A stretch of DNA of 45,381 nucleotides from Gammaproteobacteria bacterium. Its GTDB lineage: Bacteria; Pseudomonadota; Gammaproteobacteria; JACCXJ01. Below are positions 1 to 8,999 of this stretch, piece after piece. Each line of letters begins with the position of its first letter. Position 1 is the stretch's first letter. The notes under the pieces are model-generated. The model was not told where the DNA came from and searched no databases. It was given only the letters and a program-made list of their open reading frames with translations. The stretch covers positions 1 to 45,381 of the forward strand of contig JBOIDW010000024.1 of assembly GCA_050740655.1 (NCBI GenBank), given 5' to 3'. Made by a program: the position numbers and the translations under genes.

Positions 1-1
1 C

Positions 2-448
2 CACCGGGCCGTGGAGCGCGAGGCGGCGGAGCAGCGGCGAAAGGCCGATGACCTGCGCTCCGAGGCGCAGGACGCCGAGGGAGCCGCGGCGTCCGCCGCT
101 GGCGCGGTGCTGAGCGCGGCAGGCGCCGCCGCCGCGAGTCTTCCCTCCGCTGGGCCGATCATCGCGGCTGTTCTCGCGGTGGTCGCAGCGGTGCTCGCGC
201 TCCTCGCGCAGATCGCAGCCGAGTTGGAGGAGCAGGGGGCGCCGCAGCTGGTGAGCAGCAGTCAGCTGATGGATCTGATCGAAGAGGCCACGGCCGCCGT
301 GATCGAATCCCGGATCGAGGCGGCGAGGGTCGCCGACGACGATCGCGCCCTCGCGGAGGCCCAGGCGCTCCGAGCACGTACATGGCCTCGTGGTGCGCCA
401 GATTGGATGGGCGTCCCGACACGATATTGCGTCCGTCCACGGCAATGA
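2..448 (+). CDS. hypothetical protein, C-terminal part (5' end outside the window)
   Basis: Frame is open from the window edge. Ala-rich with one hydrophobic helix (GPIIAAVLAVVAAVLALLAQIAA) and a helical acidic tail. No family recognised. The last ~25 codons overlap the minus-strand remnant, so the true end is uncertain. Confidence 0.3.
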   Translation, partial: HRAVEREAAEQRRKADDLRSEAQDAEGAAASAAGAVLSAAGAAAASLPSAGPIIAAVLAVVAAVLALLAQIAAELEEQGAPQLVSSSQLMDLIEEATAAVIESRIEAARVADDDRALAEAQALRARTWPRGAPDWMGVPTRYCVRPRQ

Positions 449-600
449 CGAGCCCCAGCCGGCCGCCGGTGAGATTGCGTACTCGAATGCGATAGGGCTC
501 TTGAGGACTCGCTTCGAGATAGGCGCGAACAACGTTTCCGCCGCGGCCCGCCGTTACGGGATAGGTCCGAAACTGGCCGCGCGACCCTATGACCGCTACA
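372..600 (-). pseudogene. internal fragment of a conserved hypothetical protein (no N-terminus, degenerate C-terminus)
   Basis: The minus frame reads YVAVIGSRGQFRTYPVTAGRGGNVVRAYLEASPQEPYRIRVRNLTGGRLGLVIAVDGRNIVSGRPSNLAHHEAMYVL. This resembles the core of a proteobacterial hypothetical family remembered as ..Y.IR..N.tG.R.L.V.SVDG.N..sGe...gYVL. It has no start codon (it abuts the IS end) and turns into Arg/Pro-rich junk after YVL. Confidence 0.4.
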
Positions 601-2035
601 TAGGTAGGATCTTATAACCTGTTAATTAATATAACAAATATATTCTGTGGAACTTTAATCTCCCCACTCGATCTGATCAGTTTATTGGTAAACAAGAGTG
701 TTCGGGAGGATGAGATGGAGGTAGAGAAAATCAGGCCGTTTGCGGCGAAGTTCAAGCAGGCGTTCCCGGAGGACGCTCTCAATGATCTGGGGAAGGCGAC
801 GCGATACTGTCATCGGGTGCGGCAGCTGACGCCGTACCGGATGGTGATGACGCTGATGTCGTTGTTTGCGGGCACGCGCGTGGAGAGCTTGGCGGATATT
901 CAACGCGGGTTTAATGCGCTCTTTGGCTATGCCATGGACTACAAGCCATTTTACGATCAACTGAGCAAGCGGGCGTTTGCCCCGTTCATGCGCGAGACCG
1001 CGCGGCGATTACTGGAGACCTTGGTGATTCGCGTGCTTGGGGTTGCCTCTGGCGGTGCCTTCTCCGAGTTTCGGCGCATCGTCATCCAGGACGGCAGTTC
1101 CTTTGCGATCAAGGATGCCCTCAAAGAAGTCTTCCCCGGTCGGTTCAAGAAGGTGAGTCCTGCGGCGGTGGAGATCCATGCGACCTTGGATCTCTTCGAT
1201 GAATCGATCTCCAAAGTGACCCTGACCGCGGACACCGCCAGCGAGCGGGCCGCGCTGCCGACGGCCTCAAGCCTTGGAGGCTGCCTGCTCATGGCTGACC
1301 GCGGGTACTTCGATCGGGAGTATCTTCTGGAACTGATCGAGGCGGGGGCGAGCTTCGTCATCCGCGCCCCCAGGGGCCTGAATCCCCGGGTGCTCAACGC
1401 CTGCGACGCGCAAGGCACACCGCTACGAAAACGCTGTGGGAAGCCACTCAAGAAACTACGCATTGCCAGGAGAGGGGCCGTCGATCTGCAGGTGCGCTGG
1501 CAGGTCCAGGACAAATTACTCGAATGCCGTTTCATCGTCACTTGGAATCCCTCGACCAAGGCGTTTTTATACCTGGTTACCAACCTCCCGTCCGAGCGCT
1601 ATTCCAGCTTTCAGGTCGCCAAGGCCTACCGCTTGCGTTGGCAGGTAGAACTGCTATTCAAAGAATGGAAGTCCTATGCGAATCTCCATGCCTTCGATAC
1701 CCAGAATCACGCCATCGTCGAAGGCCTCATCTGGGCGGCCATCGGGGCCGCCGCACTGAAGCGTTTCCTCGCACATACCACGCAAGTCGTGGCGGGTGTC
1801 GAGACCTCGACCCGCAAGACAGCCATGTGCGCCTTGCATTTCCTTGGCGACATCCTGCGCGCATTAATCTCAGGAACCAAGCCCCGCTTCCTCAATGCCT
1901 TCGCACAGGCCATCCGTTACCTCGCCTCCAACGCTAAACGCGCGCATCCCAAACGGGATCGACAACGAGGCCGATTGCAATTCGGCTTGGTGCCAGTCCT
2001 TGAGGTGGCTTAACTAGATAACCTATGAACCTATG
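599..2035 (+). mobile_element. IS4-family insertion sequence (boundaries approximate)
   Basis: A single DDE transposase ORF follows an AT-rich non-coding 5' end (about 600-684). Imperfect terminal inverted repeats both begin CATAGGT: 599 on the + strand, and 2035 read as reverse complement. No convincing target-site duplication seen. Confidence 0.6.
685..2013 (+). CDS. IS4-family DDE transposase
   Basis: 442 aa. Carries the C-terminal Y-(2)-R-(3)-E-(6)-K signature (YRLRWQVELLFKEWKS), LLMADRGYFD and LVTNL blocks typical of IS4-type DDE transposases. Confidence 0.85.
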   Translation: MVNKSVREDEMEVEKIRPFAAKFKQAFPEDALNDLGKATRYCHRVRQLTPYRMVMTLMSLFAGTRVESLADIQRGFNALFGYAMDYKPFYDQLSKRAFAPFMRETARRLLETLVIRVLGVASGGAFSEFRRIVIQDGSSFAIKDALKEVFPGRFKKVSPAAVEIHATLDLFDESISKVTLTADTASERAALPTASSLGGCLLMADRGYFDREYLLELIEAGASFVIRAPRGLNPRVLNACDAQGTPLRKRCGKPLKKLRIARRGAVDLQVRWQVQDKLLECRFIVTWNPSTKAFLYLVTNLPSERYSSFQVAKAYRLRWQVELLFKEWKSYANLHAFDTQNHAIVEGLIWAAIGAAALKRFLAHTTQVVAGVETSTRKTAMCALHFLGDILRALISGTKPRFLNAFAQAIRYLASNAKRAHPKRDRQRGRLQFGLVPVLEVA

Positions 2036-2043
2036 AGCTTCGG

Positions 2044-3468
2044 CTAGCACGTTTTCAGAAATCTCCGAAACGCGATCAGTCCGATGGGCGTGGCCAAGGC
2101 CATGACCCCGATGATGAGCCACATGGTCTCGCAACTACGCGGTCCTGTCTCGGGGCAATAGCTGGACAGCAACAGGCCCGATAATGCCCCGACGCCGAGC
2201 TTGGCCAGGAAGAAGGGCAGTATCGATAACGACATATAGGATGCCTCGTGGCCCTCGGGCGCCACGGAGACCGTATATTCGTAGAGCCGCGGGGACCATA
2301 GGGATTCGCCGATCGAGAGCACCAGTACGAATAAGGCGATGGCGACGTAGAGCGGGTGCAATTCGCCCTCGATGCCGAGCCACAGGTGGCCGATCAGATA
2401 ACCCGGCCAGCCCTGAGCCAGGCCCGTGTAAAGCTCGGCCGGTAGCGCGACCAGGAACACGGAAAAGGCGGCGATGGCGCTACCCACCGTGACCATGCGA
2501 TAGGACGAAACGTTATGCGTCAGCGCGCCGACGATAGGCACCAGGACGATTACGGTGACCGCGTTCAGCACACCGAACAACTGCCCGATGGGCGCGCCCG
2601 CCCCTAACTCCCGGATCGCGTACTTCGGAAAGGTATAGAACATGTGAAAAAAGATGAGCCGTACGCCGACCACCAGGACCAGGAACAGCAAAAACCGGTA
2701 GATCCCTGTGTCTTTCCACAGCCCCTTGAAGATCCGGCCGGTATCCGTGCCGGCCCCCCGGCAGGCCTGCCATAAAGAGCGTCGCGGACCGGGCGCCGTC
2801 CGGGTCACTGCCCCCGCGCCGGTAATAGCGACACCCTCGCGCAACAGCGCATAGACGAGCAAGCCGCCCACCAGCGTGAGACCCAGGCTCAGCAGGAACA
2901 GGATGCGATAGGTGCTGATGCCTGTCGTTATCCCCGGTAGTGCGTGCAGCGTGGTCTCGCCGAGCCGCGTGCGTACGGCGTCGAAGAGGGCGCCGGCCGC
3001 GGCAAAGCCGACATTCATCATCGTGTAGAACACGGCAAAGGCCATGGAGCGCTGTGCGACAGTGGAATAGCGCTTCACGGCCGCGACCATGACCGGCGTC
3101 ATCAGCGCCTCGCCCAGCGCCAGGGGCATCAGTCCCATAGTCACCGCCGCCCACGGCTCCTGCGTCAGACTCATGACCGTGCGCGACACCAGGCACACGA
3201 GCATACCTAGCAGCAGGGCCTTGCGTATGCCCACGGCATCGGTAAAGGCGCCGACCAAGACCGTACAGAAGGACATGAGCGCCGACCAGGCCGCCACGAT
3301 GTAGCCCGCCTGCCGATCGTCGTAGCCGAGGTCCGAGGACAGCCACAGGACCAGCGTGGAGTTCATCACCGCGTAGGCCAGGATGGCGATGACCTTTACA
3401 CCGAAGATGACCCACAGTTCCCTGAGCGCGCCGCCTAGCACGGCGTAGCGCGCGATGAATCGCCTCAT
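2044..3468 (-). CDS. MFS transporter
   Basis: 474 aa with about 12 hydrophobic helices. N-terminal half resembles MFS permeases (..AAWSALMSFCTVLVGAFTDAVGIRKALLLG..). Substrate unknown. Confidence 0.75.
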   Translation of the reverse strand: MRRFIARYAVLGGALRELWVIFGVKVIAILAYAVMNSTLVLWLSSDLGYDDRQAGYIVAAWSALMSFCTVLVGAFTDAVGIRKALLLGMLVCLVSRTVMSLTQEPWAAVTMGLMPLALGEALMTPVMVAAVKRYSTVAQRSMAFAVFYTMMNVGFAAAGALFDAVRTRLGETTLHALPGITTGISTYRILFLLSLGLTLVGGLLVYALLREGVAITGAGAVTRTAPGPRRSLWQACRGAGTDTGRIFKGLWKDTGIYRFLLFLVLVVGVRLIFFHMFYTFPKYAIRELGAGAPIGQLFGVLNAVTVIVLVPIVGALTHNVSSYRMVTVGSAIAAFSVFLVALPAELYTGLAQGWPGYLIGHLWLGIEGELHPLYVAIALFVLVLSIGESLWSPRLYEYTVSVAPEGHEASYMSLSILPFFLAKLGVGALSGLLLSSYCPETGPRSCETMWLIIGVMALATPIGLIAFRRFLKTC

Positions 3469-3475
3469 GCGGCGC

Positions 3476-4885
3476 TCAGCCTGGATGCAGCGGGGCCGCC
3501 GGCGCGGGATCGAACCACGCCAGCCGCTCGTGTAGCCGCACCACCTCGCCGACGATGACCACGCTGGGCGGCCCGATCTCTCGCGCCTGGGCGCGCTGCG
3601 CCAGGTCTTGCAGCGTGCCGACGATCACCTGCTGATGGGGCGTCGTGCCCTGGTGGATCAGCGCCGCGGGCATGCCGGGCCGCATGCCGTGTGCGATTAG
3701 CCCGGCACACAGCAGTTCCAGGCCGGCGGTCCCCATATAGATGGCCACGGTCTGGTTGGGTTGTACCAGGGCCTGCCAATTGAGGTCCAGCCTCCCGTCC
3801 TTGAGATGCCCGGCAGCGAAGATGCAGGCCTGTGCATAATCCCGGTGTGTGAGCGGGATCCCGGCGTAACAGGCGCAGCCCGAGGCGGCGGTGATGCCAG
3901 GCACGATCTGAAACGGGATCCCCTGTTCGGCCAGGGTGCCGATCTCCTCGCCGCCGCGGCCGAATACGAAGGGGTCACCGCCCTTCAAGCGCAGCACGCG
4001 TTTGCCTTGGCGGGCGAGCGTGACCAGGGCGCCGTTGATCTCGTCCTGGCGGAGGGTGTGGCGGTCCCTGGACTTGCCCACGTAGATGCGCTCGGCGTCC
4101 TTGCGCACCAGGTCGAGCACCGCCGGTGCCACCAGCCGGTCATACAGCACGACATCGGCGCGCTGCATGAGCCGTAGTGCCCGAAAGGTCAGGAGATCGG
4201 GGTCTCCCGGCCCGGCACCGACCAGATAGACCTCGCCCGCCAAGCCCGCGTGGGCGGTATCTTCCATCAGCCCCTCCAGGGCCGCCAACGCCGCCCGGTC
4301 CTGACCGGCAAACAGCATCTCCGCGATCGGCCCGTCCAGTACCACTTCCCAGAACCTCCGCCGCGCGGTCTGATCGGGCAGTCGCTGCTTTACGCGCCCG
4401 CGGAAATCCGCCATGAGCGCAGCGAGCCGCCCATAGGCCGACGGGATCAGGGTCTCCAGCCGGGCGCGCAGCAAGCGCGCCAGCACCGGCGAGGCGCCGC
4501 CGGTCGAGATTGCGATCTGCACCGGCGAGCGGTCGACGATGGACGGCATCAGGAAGTTACACAGCCCCGGATTGTCCGCGACGTTCACCAAACGCCCTTG
4601 CGCCTGAGCGAGCCGCGAGATCATCCGGTTGACTTCGGCATCGTCGGTTGCGGCACTGACCAGAAACATGCCGTCCAGGTCCTGGGGGATAAAAGACCGC
4701 GGCAGGTACTGGATAACGCCACGCTCATGCAAGGATTGCAGGCCGGGTACCCGCTCCGGTGCCACCACCGTGACCCGGCCCTCGGCACGCAGCAGTTGCT
4801 CACAGCGGCGCGACGCCACCTCGCCGCCCCCCACCACCAAGCAGCGCTTGCCCTTGAGATCGACGAAGATCGGCAGGTAGCGCAC
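3476..4885 (-). CDS. cysG: siroheme synthase CysG (uroporphyrinogen-III C-methyltransferase / precorrin-2 dehydrogenase / ferrochelatase)
   Basis: N-terminal Rossmann block YLPIFVDLKGKRCLVVGGGEVA and SUMT block VYLVGAGPGDPDLLTFRALRLMQRADVVLYDRLV. Start moved to GTG at 4885 (MRYLPIF..), 4 nt after the upstream stop. The ORF-track ATG at 4984 adds 33 non-family residues that overlap the peptidase gene. Confidence 0.9.
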   Translation of the reverse strand: MRYLPIFVDLKGKRCLVVGGGEVASRRCEQLLRAEGRVTVVAPERVPGLQSLHERGVIQYLPRSFIPQDLDGMFLVSAATDDAEVNRMISRLAQAQGRLVNVADNPGLCNFLMPSIVDRSPVQIAISTGGASPVLARLLRARLETLIPSAYGRLAALMADFRGRVKQRLPDQTARRRFWEVVLDGPIAEMLFAGQDRAALAALEGLMEDTAHAGLAGEVYLVGAGPGDPDLLTFRALRLMQRADVVLYDRLVAPAVLDLVRKDAERIYVGKSRDRHTLRQDEINGALVTLARQGKRVLRLKGGDPFVFGRGGEEIGTLAEQGIPFQIVPGITAASGCACYAGIPLTHRDYAQACIFAAGHLKDGRLDLNWQALVQPNQTVAIYMGTAGLELLCAGLIAHGMRPGMPAALIHQGTTPHQQVIVGTLQDLAQRAQAREIGPPSVVIVGEVVRLHERLAWFDPAPAAPLHPG

Positions 4886-4889
4886 GCCG

Positions 4890-6827
4890 TCAAGGAAGAT
4901 TGTCGATGGTGACGGGCTCGATGGTCTCGGCGAGCCCGAAGCCGAACACCTTCGAATAGAAATACAGCTCGGCCTCCAGCGCACGCTTGATATTCTTCGC
5001 CTGACGGAATCCGTGCTGCTCGCCGGCGAAGCCGAGATAAGCCACCGGCAGCCGTTTCTGCCGCAAGGCCTCGACCATGCGCTCGGCTTGATCGGGCGGT
5101 ACCACGCGGTCGTCCAGGCCCTGGAAAAAGATCATCGGGCAGGACAGCTGCTCGACGGCGTGGATCGGCGAGCGTGCCTGGTACAGCGCCCGGCACTCGG
5201 GATAGGGACCGATCAGCCTCTCGAGATAACGTGACTCGAACTTGTGCGTGTCCGCCGCCAAGGCCTCGAGATCGCTAACCCCGAACTGGCTCGCGCCGGC
5301 ACTGAATACGGCGCGAAAGGCGAGTGCCGCGAGCGTGGTATAGCCCCCGGCGCTGCCGCCGCGTATGGCCATGCGCCGACGATCGACGCGGCCCTGATTC
5401 GCGAGATAGAGTGCGCCGTTCGCGCAATCGTCTACGTCCACGACGCCCCACTGGCCATTCAAGCGCTCCCGATAACTGCGGCCGTAGCCGCTGCTGCCGC
5501 CGTAATTCACGTCCAGCACCGCGCAGCCCCGGCCGGTAAAGTACTGGATGCCGAGCTTCAACCCGTTATGGGTGCTGCTGGTGGGGCCCCCGTGGCTGGT
5601 GACGAGCAGGGGCGGCAACTCATTCTCCGGGCCGCGATAGCGCGCGTTTTTCGGGGCGTAGTAGAACGCGTGGGCGCAGCGATTATCGCCGCTGGGGTAC
5701 TCGATCGGCTCGCCGACCGAGATGTTATCCGGCTCGATGCTGACCCTACCGGAGCGCTGGACCGTCTCAAACGTCCCGAAGCGCAGATCCAGACCTACGA
5801 TAGCCGGTAGCTCGAGGGGCGAGGAGGCGAGCAACACACAGCGATCGCCACGTACCTTGAGCGCGCCGATCTGTGTATAGGGGCAGGCTATCTCTTGCAG
5901 CGATGACCCGGCGGCGATACGGCCAAGATGGCTCACCCCATTCTGCATATAGGTGCAGATGATATCGCCGGTCGGGCCGAAACCGTAGCTCGACTCGCCG
6001 AATTGCCATTGTGGACCGGCAAATTCGGCCTCGACAGCAGCGAGCGCTCGTGCGGCGCCATCGACCATCCGGTACAGGTTCCACCAGCCGCTGCGGTCCG
6101 AGATGAAGTACAAGGTCCCGTCCGGGGACCACCGCGGTTGCGTGATCGATTCCTCAGGCCCGCCGGCGATGGGCCGCGGATCGACCAACGTGCCATCGGC
6201 GGCCAGCCCGGCCATCCACAGCTCGGTCCCGTCCCAAGGCATATTCGGGTGCTGCCAGGCGAGCCAGGCGATGCGCCTGCCGTCCGGGCTCAGGCGCGGG
6301 CTGGAATAAAAATCAGCACCCGAGACCAGCACGGACTGGCGGCCTCGATCGGTGGCCCGCAGGGAGATCGCCGCGATGGTACTGATGGGCTCGAGGTCTG
6401 CGACGCGGTGGTCCTCGCGCACGCAGATCAGCCGTTCGTGCCAACGGTCGAAGATCAGGTCGGCGTAGCGTAGTTCACCCGGCTCGGTGAGTGGCTCGGG
6501 CACCTCCCTTTCCTCGGCGACGTAGAGCCGTTGATCGGCGAGATGGGTGAAATAGACCTGATGGCCAACCACCAGATAGGCGCCCCCGCCATACTCGTGG
6601 ACGCGCGTGCGGGCGTTGTAGGGCGCCGGCAGCACGTCGCGTACCAGGCCCGCGGCGTCGCGTTGGACCAGCGCCGAACGGCCGGCTTCGTCGGGACGCT
6701 GCTCGATCCAATAGAGCGACGCCCCACGCAGGCTGGGTTCCGCGAGACCCACGGTCTTCGAGACGATCAGATCGGCGGTGATCGGCGAGGCCCAGGTGCC
6801 GTAAGGCGCAATGACTTGCCCACTCAT
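4890..6827 (-). CDS. S9 family (prolyl oligopeptidase / acylaminoacyl-peptidase type) serine peptidase
   Basis: 645 aa with an N-terminal beta-propeller-like region. C-terminal alpha/beta hydrolase carries the nucleophile motif GGSAGGYTTL, with Asp and His blocks (FFQGLDDRVV, GEQHGF). Confidence 0.85.
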   Translation of the reverse strand: MSGQVIAPYGTWASPITADLIVSKTVGLAEPSLRGASLYWIEQRPDEAGRSALVQRDAAGLVRDVLPAPYNARTRVHEYGGGAYLVVGHQVYFTHLADQRLYVAEEREVPEPLTEPGELRYADLIFDRWHERLICVREDHRVADLEPISTIAAISLRATDRGRQSVLVSGADFYSSPRLSPDGRRIAWLAWQHPNMPWDGTELWMAGLAADGTLVDPRPIAGGPEESITQPRWSPDGTLYFISDRSGWWNLYRMVDGAARALAAVEAEFAGPQWQFGESSYGFGPTGDIICTYMQNGVSHLGRIAAGSSLQEIACPYTQIGALKVRGDRCVLLASSPLELPAIVGLDLRFGTFETVQRSGRVSIEPDNISVGEPIEYPSGDNRCAHAFYYAPKNARYRGPENELPPLLVTSHGGPTSSTHNGLKLGIQYFTGRGCAVLDVNYGGSSGYGRSYRERLNGQWGVVDVDDCANGALYLANQGRVDRRRMAIRGGSAGGYTTLAALAFRAVFSAGASQFGVSDLEALAADTHKFESRYLERLIGPYPECRALYQARSPIHAVEQLSCPMIFFQGLDDRVVPPDQAERMVEALRQKRLPVAYLGFAGEQHGFRQAKNIKRALEAELYFYSKVFGFGLAETIEPVTIDNLP

Positions 6828-6891
6828 GTCTGTCCGTCAAGTACCTGATTAACCCACCCGGACGCCGATAGCTTAGGGTACCGAATACGCA

Positions 6892-7752
6892 TTATCCGTC
6901 ACCGGCGACTCTTGACGTCACTACATTATCGATGAGCCGCGTGCGTCCCAACCAGGCCGCGGCGAGCACGGCGAGCGCCTCATCGCGGCGGCCGGGTGGT
7001 CCCAGATCGGCGGCTCGGCGTATGGCCACATAGTCCACGCGGAAACCGGCGCTCCCGAGTGCCGCCGCCGCTTCGGCCTCCAAGTCCGCGAAATCGCAAC
7101 CCGTCGGGAGTGCCTCGGCAACGCGCCTCAGTTGCCCGTACAAGCGCGGCGCAAGCATCCGCTCGGTGGCATTCAAATAGGCGTTCCTGGAGCTTAAGGC
7201 CAGTCCGTCGGCTTCCCGCACCGTCGGCACGGCCTCCAGCTCGATATCGAAGGCCAGGTCGCGCGCCATGCGCCGGATGAGCAGGAATTGCTGATAATCC
7301 TTTTGGCCGAATACCGCAACCTCCGGCCGAAACCGATTGAATAGCTGCGCCACGACCGTTGCGACGCCGCGGAAATGCCCCGGCCGAAACGCTCCGCATA
7401 AGTCACTATCCAGCGCCGGCACCGTCACTTGGGTATGCGCCTCCACCCCCTGCGGGTAGATCTCGGTTGGTGCGGGCGCGTATAACAACTCGACCCCGGC
7501 CTTTGCAAGCAGCGACTGATCCTCTGCCAGGGTGCGCGGGTAGTGCGCGAGATCCTCTCCGGCAACGAACTGCATGGGATTGATGAAGAGGCTTACCGCG
7601 ACGTGCTCGGCAAGCGCCCGGGCACGCTGCACCAAGGCCATATGGCCGGCATGCAGATTCCCCATGGTCGGCACCAAGGCCAGACGGCCGCCCGCAGCAC
7701 GCAGCTCGGCGAGCACCGGCTTGAGATCGGCAACCCTCGTAATCAACCGCAT
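6892..7752 (-). CDS. panC: pantoate--beta-alanine ligase
   Basis: LVPTMGNLHAGHMALV..SLFINPMQF is the PanC HIGH-type motif. Start set at the ATG at 7752 (MRLITRV..) rather than the longer ORF. Confidence 0.9.
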   Translation of the reverse strand: MRLITRVADLKPVLAELRAAGGRLALVPTMGNLHAGHMALVQRARALAEHVAVSLFINPMQFVAGEDLAHYPRTLAEDQSLLAKAGVELLYAPAPTEIYPQGVEAHTQVTVPALDSDLCGAFRPGHFRGVATVVAQLFNRFRPEVAVFGQKDYQQFLLIRRMARDLAFDIELEAVPTVREADGLALSSRNAYLNATERMLAPRLYGQLRRVAEALPTGCDFADLEAEAAAALGSAGFRVDYVAIRRAADLGPPGRRDEALAVLAAAWLGRTRLIDNVVTSRVAGDG

Positions 7753-8026
7753 GTTGCGACTGACGCCCGGGGGAACTGGTCCACGCGGGCTATCCGATTG
7801 GCCATGTCTTTGGTATAGCGCATGGGGGGAGTTTAGCATTCATCCCGGACCCCATCTCCTTCCATCCGGACCCTGCCCTGCGGACCCCTCCCAGGCCCGG
7901 GCGGCGCGCGAATGTCGCCACGCGCAACATCCAGGCGGCGTCCCAAGACCTATCCGCGCCCCACCGGAGTGACACGCCTCTTTCTCGGCTAAGATCACGG
8001 AGCGAGATGGCGAGCATGAGACGAAC

Positions 8027-8938
8027 ATGATGAACGATGAAGAAACCCTGTTCGAGTCCAGGCTCTCTTCGTTGCGCCGCGTGGGCCAGGGCAAGGTGCG
8101 CGACCTCTACGAGGTAGATGAAGCTCACCTGCTTATGGTTACCACCGACCGCCTATCGGCCTTCGACGTGGTGCTCCCCGATCCCATTCCGGGCAAGGGG
8201 CGAGTCTTGAACGGGTTGTCCCGGTTCTGGTTCGAGCGCACGCAACGGATCGTGCCTAACCATATGCGCGAGCGATCCCTGGACAGCCTGGGGCTGACGG
8301 CGCAAGAGCGTGCGCAGATCGAGGGCCGCGCGATGCTGGTGCGGCGCCTGCGAGCGCTGCCTATAGAGGCCGTGGTGCGCGGCTATCTCGCCGGATCGGG
8401 GTGGCAGGAGTATCAACGAACCGGGAGCATTTGCGGCATCGCATTGCCGGCCGGATACCGCCAATCGGAGCGGCTGCCGGTGCCGATCTTCACGCCGGCG
8501 ACCAAGGCCGCTATGGGACACCATGACGAGAACATCGGCTATGCGCAAACCGCGGCGCTGATCGGACAGCGCACCGCGGAGCAGGTGCGCGCCATCGCGC
8601 TGGAGATCTATTCCGAGGCGGCAGACTACGCGGCCACGCGCGGGATCATCATCGCGGATACCAAGCTCGAGTTTGGCCTGGATGATCGCGGTGAGCTGGT
8701 CTTGATCGACGAGGTGCTGACACCCGATTCGTCACGCTTTTGGCCGGCCGATGGCTACCGGATCGGGACCAGTCCGCCGAGCTTCGATAAGCAGTTCGTG
8801 CGCGATTACCTTGAAGCGTCGGCCTGGAACAAGCAGGCACCCGCCCCGCGTTTACCGGCCGAGGTCATCGGCCGTACGGCGGCGAAATACCGCGAGGCGC
8901 TAGCGCGACTGGTCGGGACTGCGACCGGTGCCGGATAA
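8027..8938 (+). CDS. purC: phosphoribosylaminoimidazole-succinocarboxamide (SAICAR) synthase
   Basis: GKVRDLYEVDEAHLLMVTTDRLSAFDVVLPDPIPGKG and ADTKLEFG blocks typical of long-form PurC. Confidence 0.9.
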   Translation: MMNDEETLFESRLSSLRRVGQGKVRDLYEVDEAHLLMVTTDRLSAFDVVLPDPIPGKGRVLNGLSRFWFERTQRIVPNHMRERSLDSLGLTAQERAQIEGRAMLVRRLRALPIEAVVRGYLAGSGWQEYQRTGSICGIALPAGYRQSERLPVPIFTPATKAAMGHHDENIGYAQTAALIGQRTAEQVRAIALEIYSEAADYAATRGIIIADTKLEFGLDDRGELVLIDEVLTPDSSRFWPADGYRIGTSPPSFDKQFVRDYLEASAWNKQAPAPRLPAEVIGRTAAKYREALARLVGTATGAG

Positions 8939-8999
8939 CGCGAGTAGCGGTGGTGAATACCGATACGATGCCGGTTGCGGCCGCCGCCGGGAGAGGGGA

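Noticed and set aside
390-617. 75-aa plus-strand ORF spanning the junction with the IS.
   Set aside because: It is the antisense of the more family-like minus-strand remnant and runs into the IS terminal repeat. No RBS.
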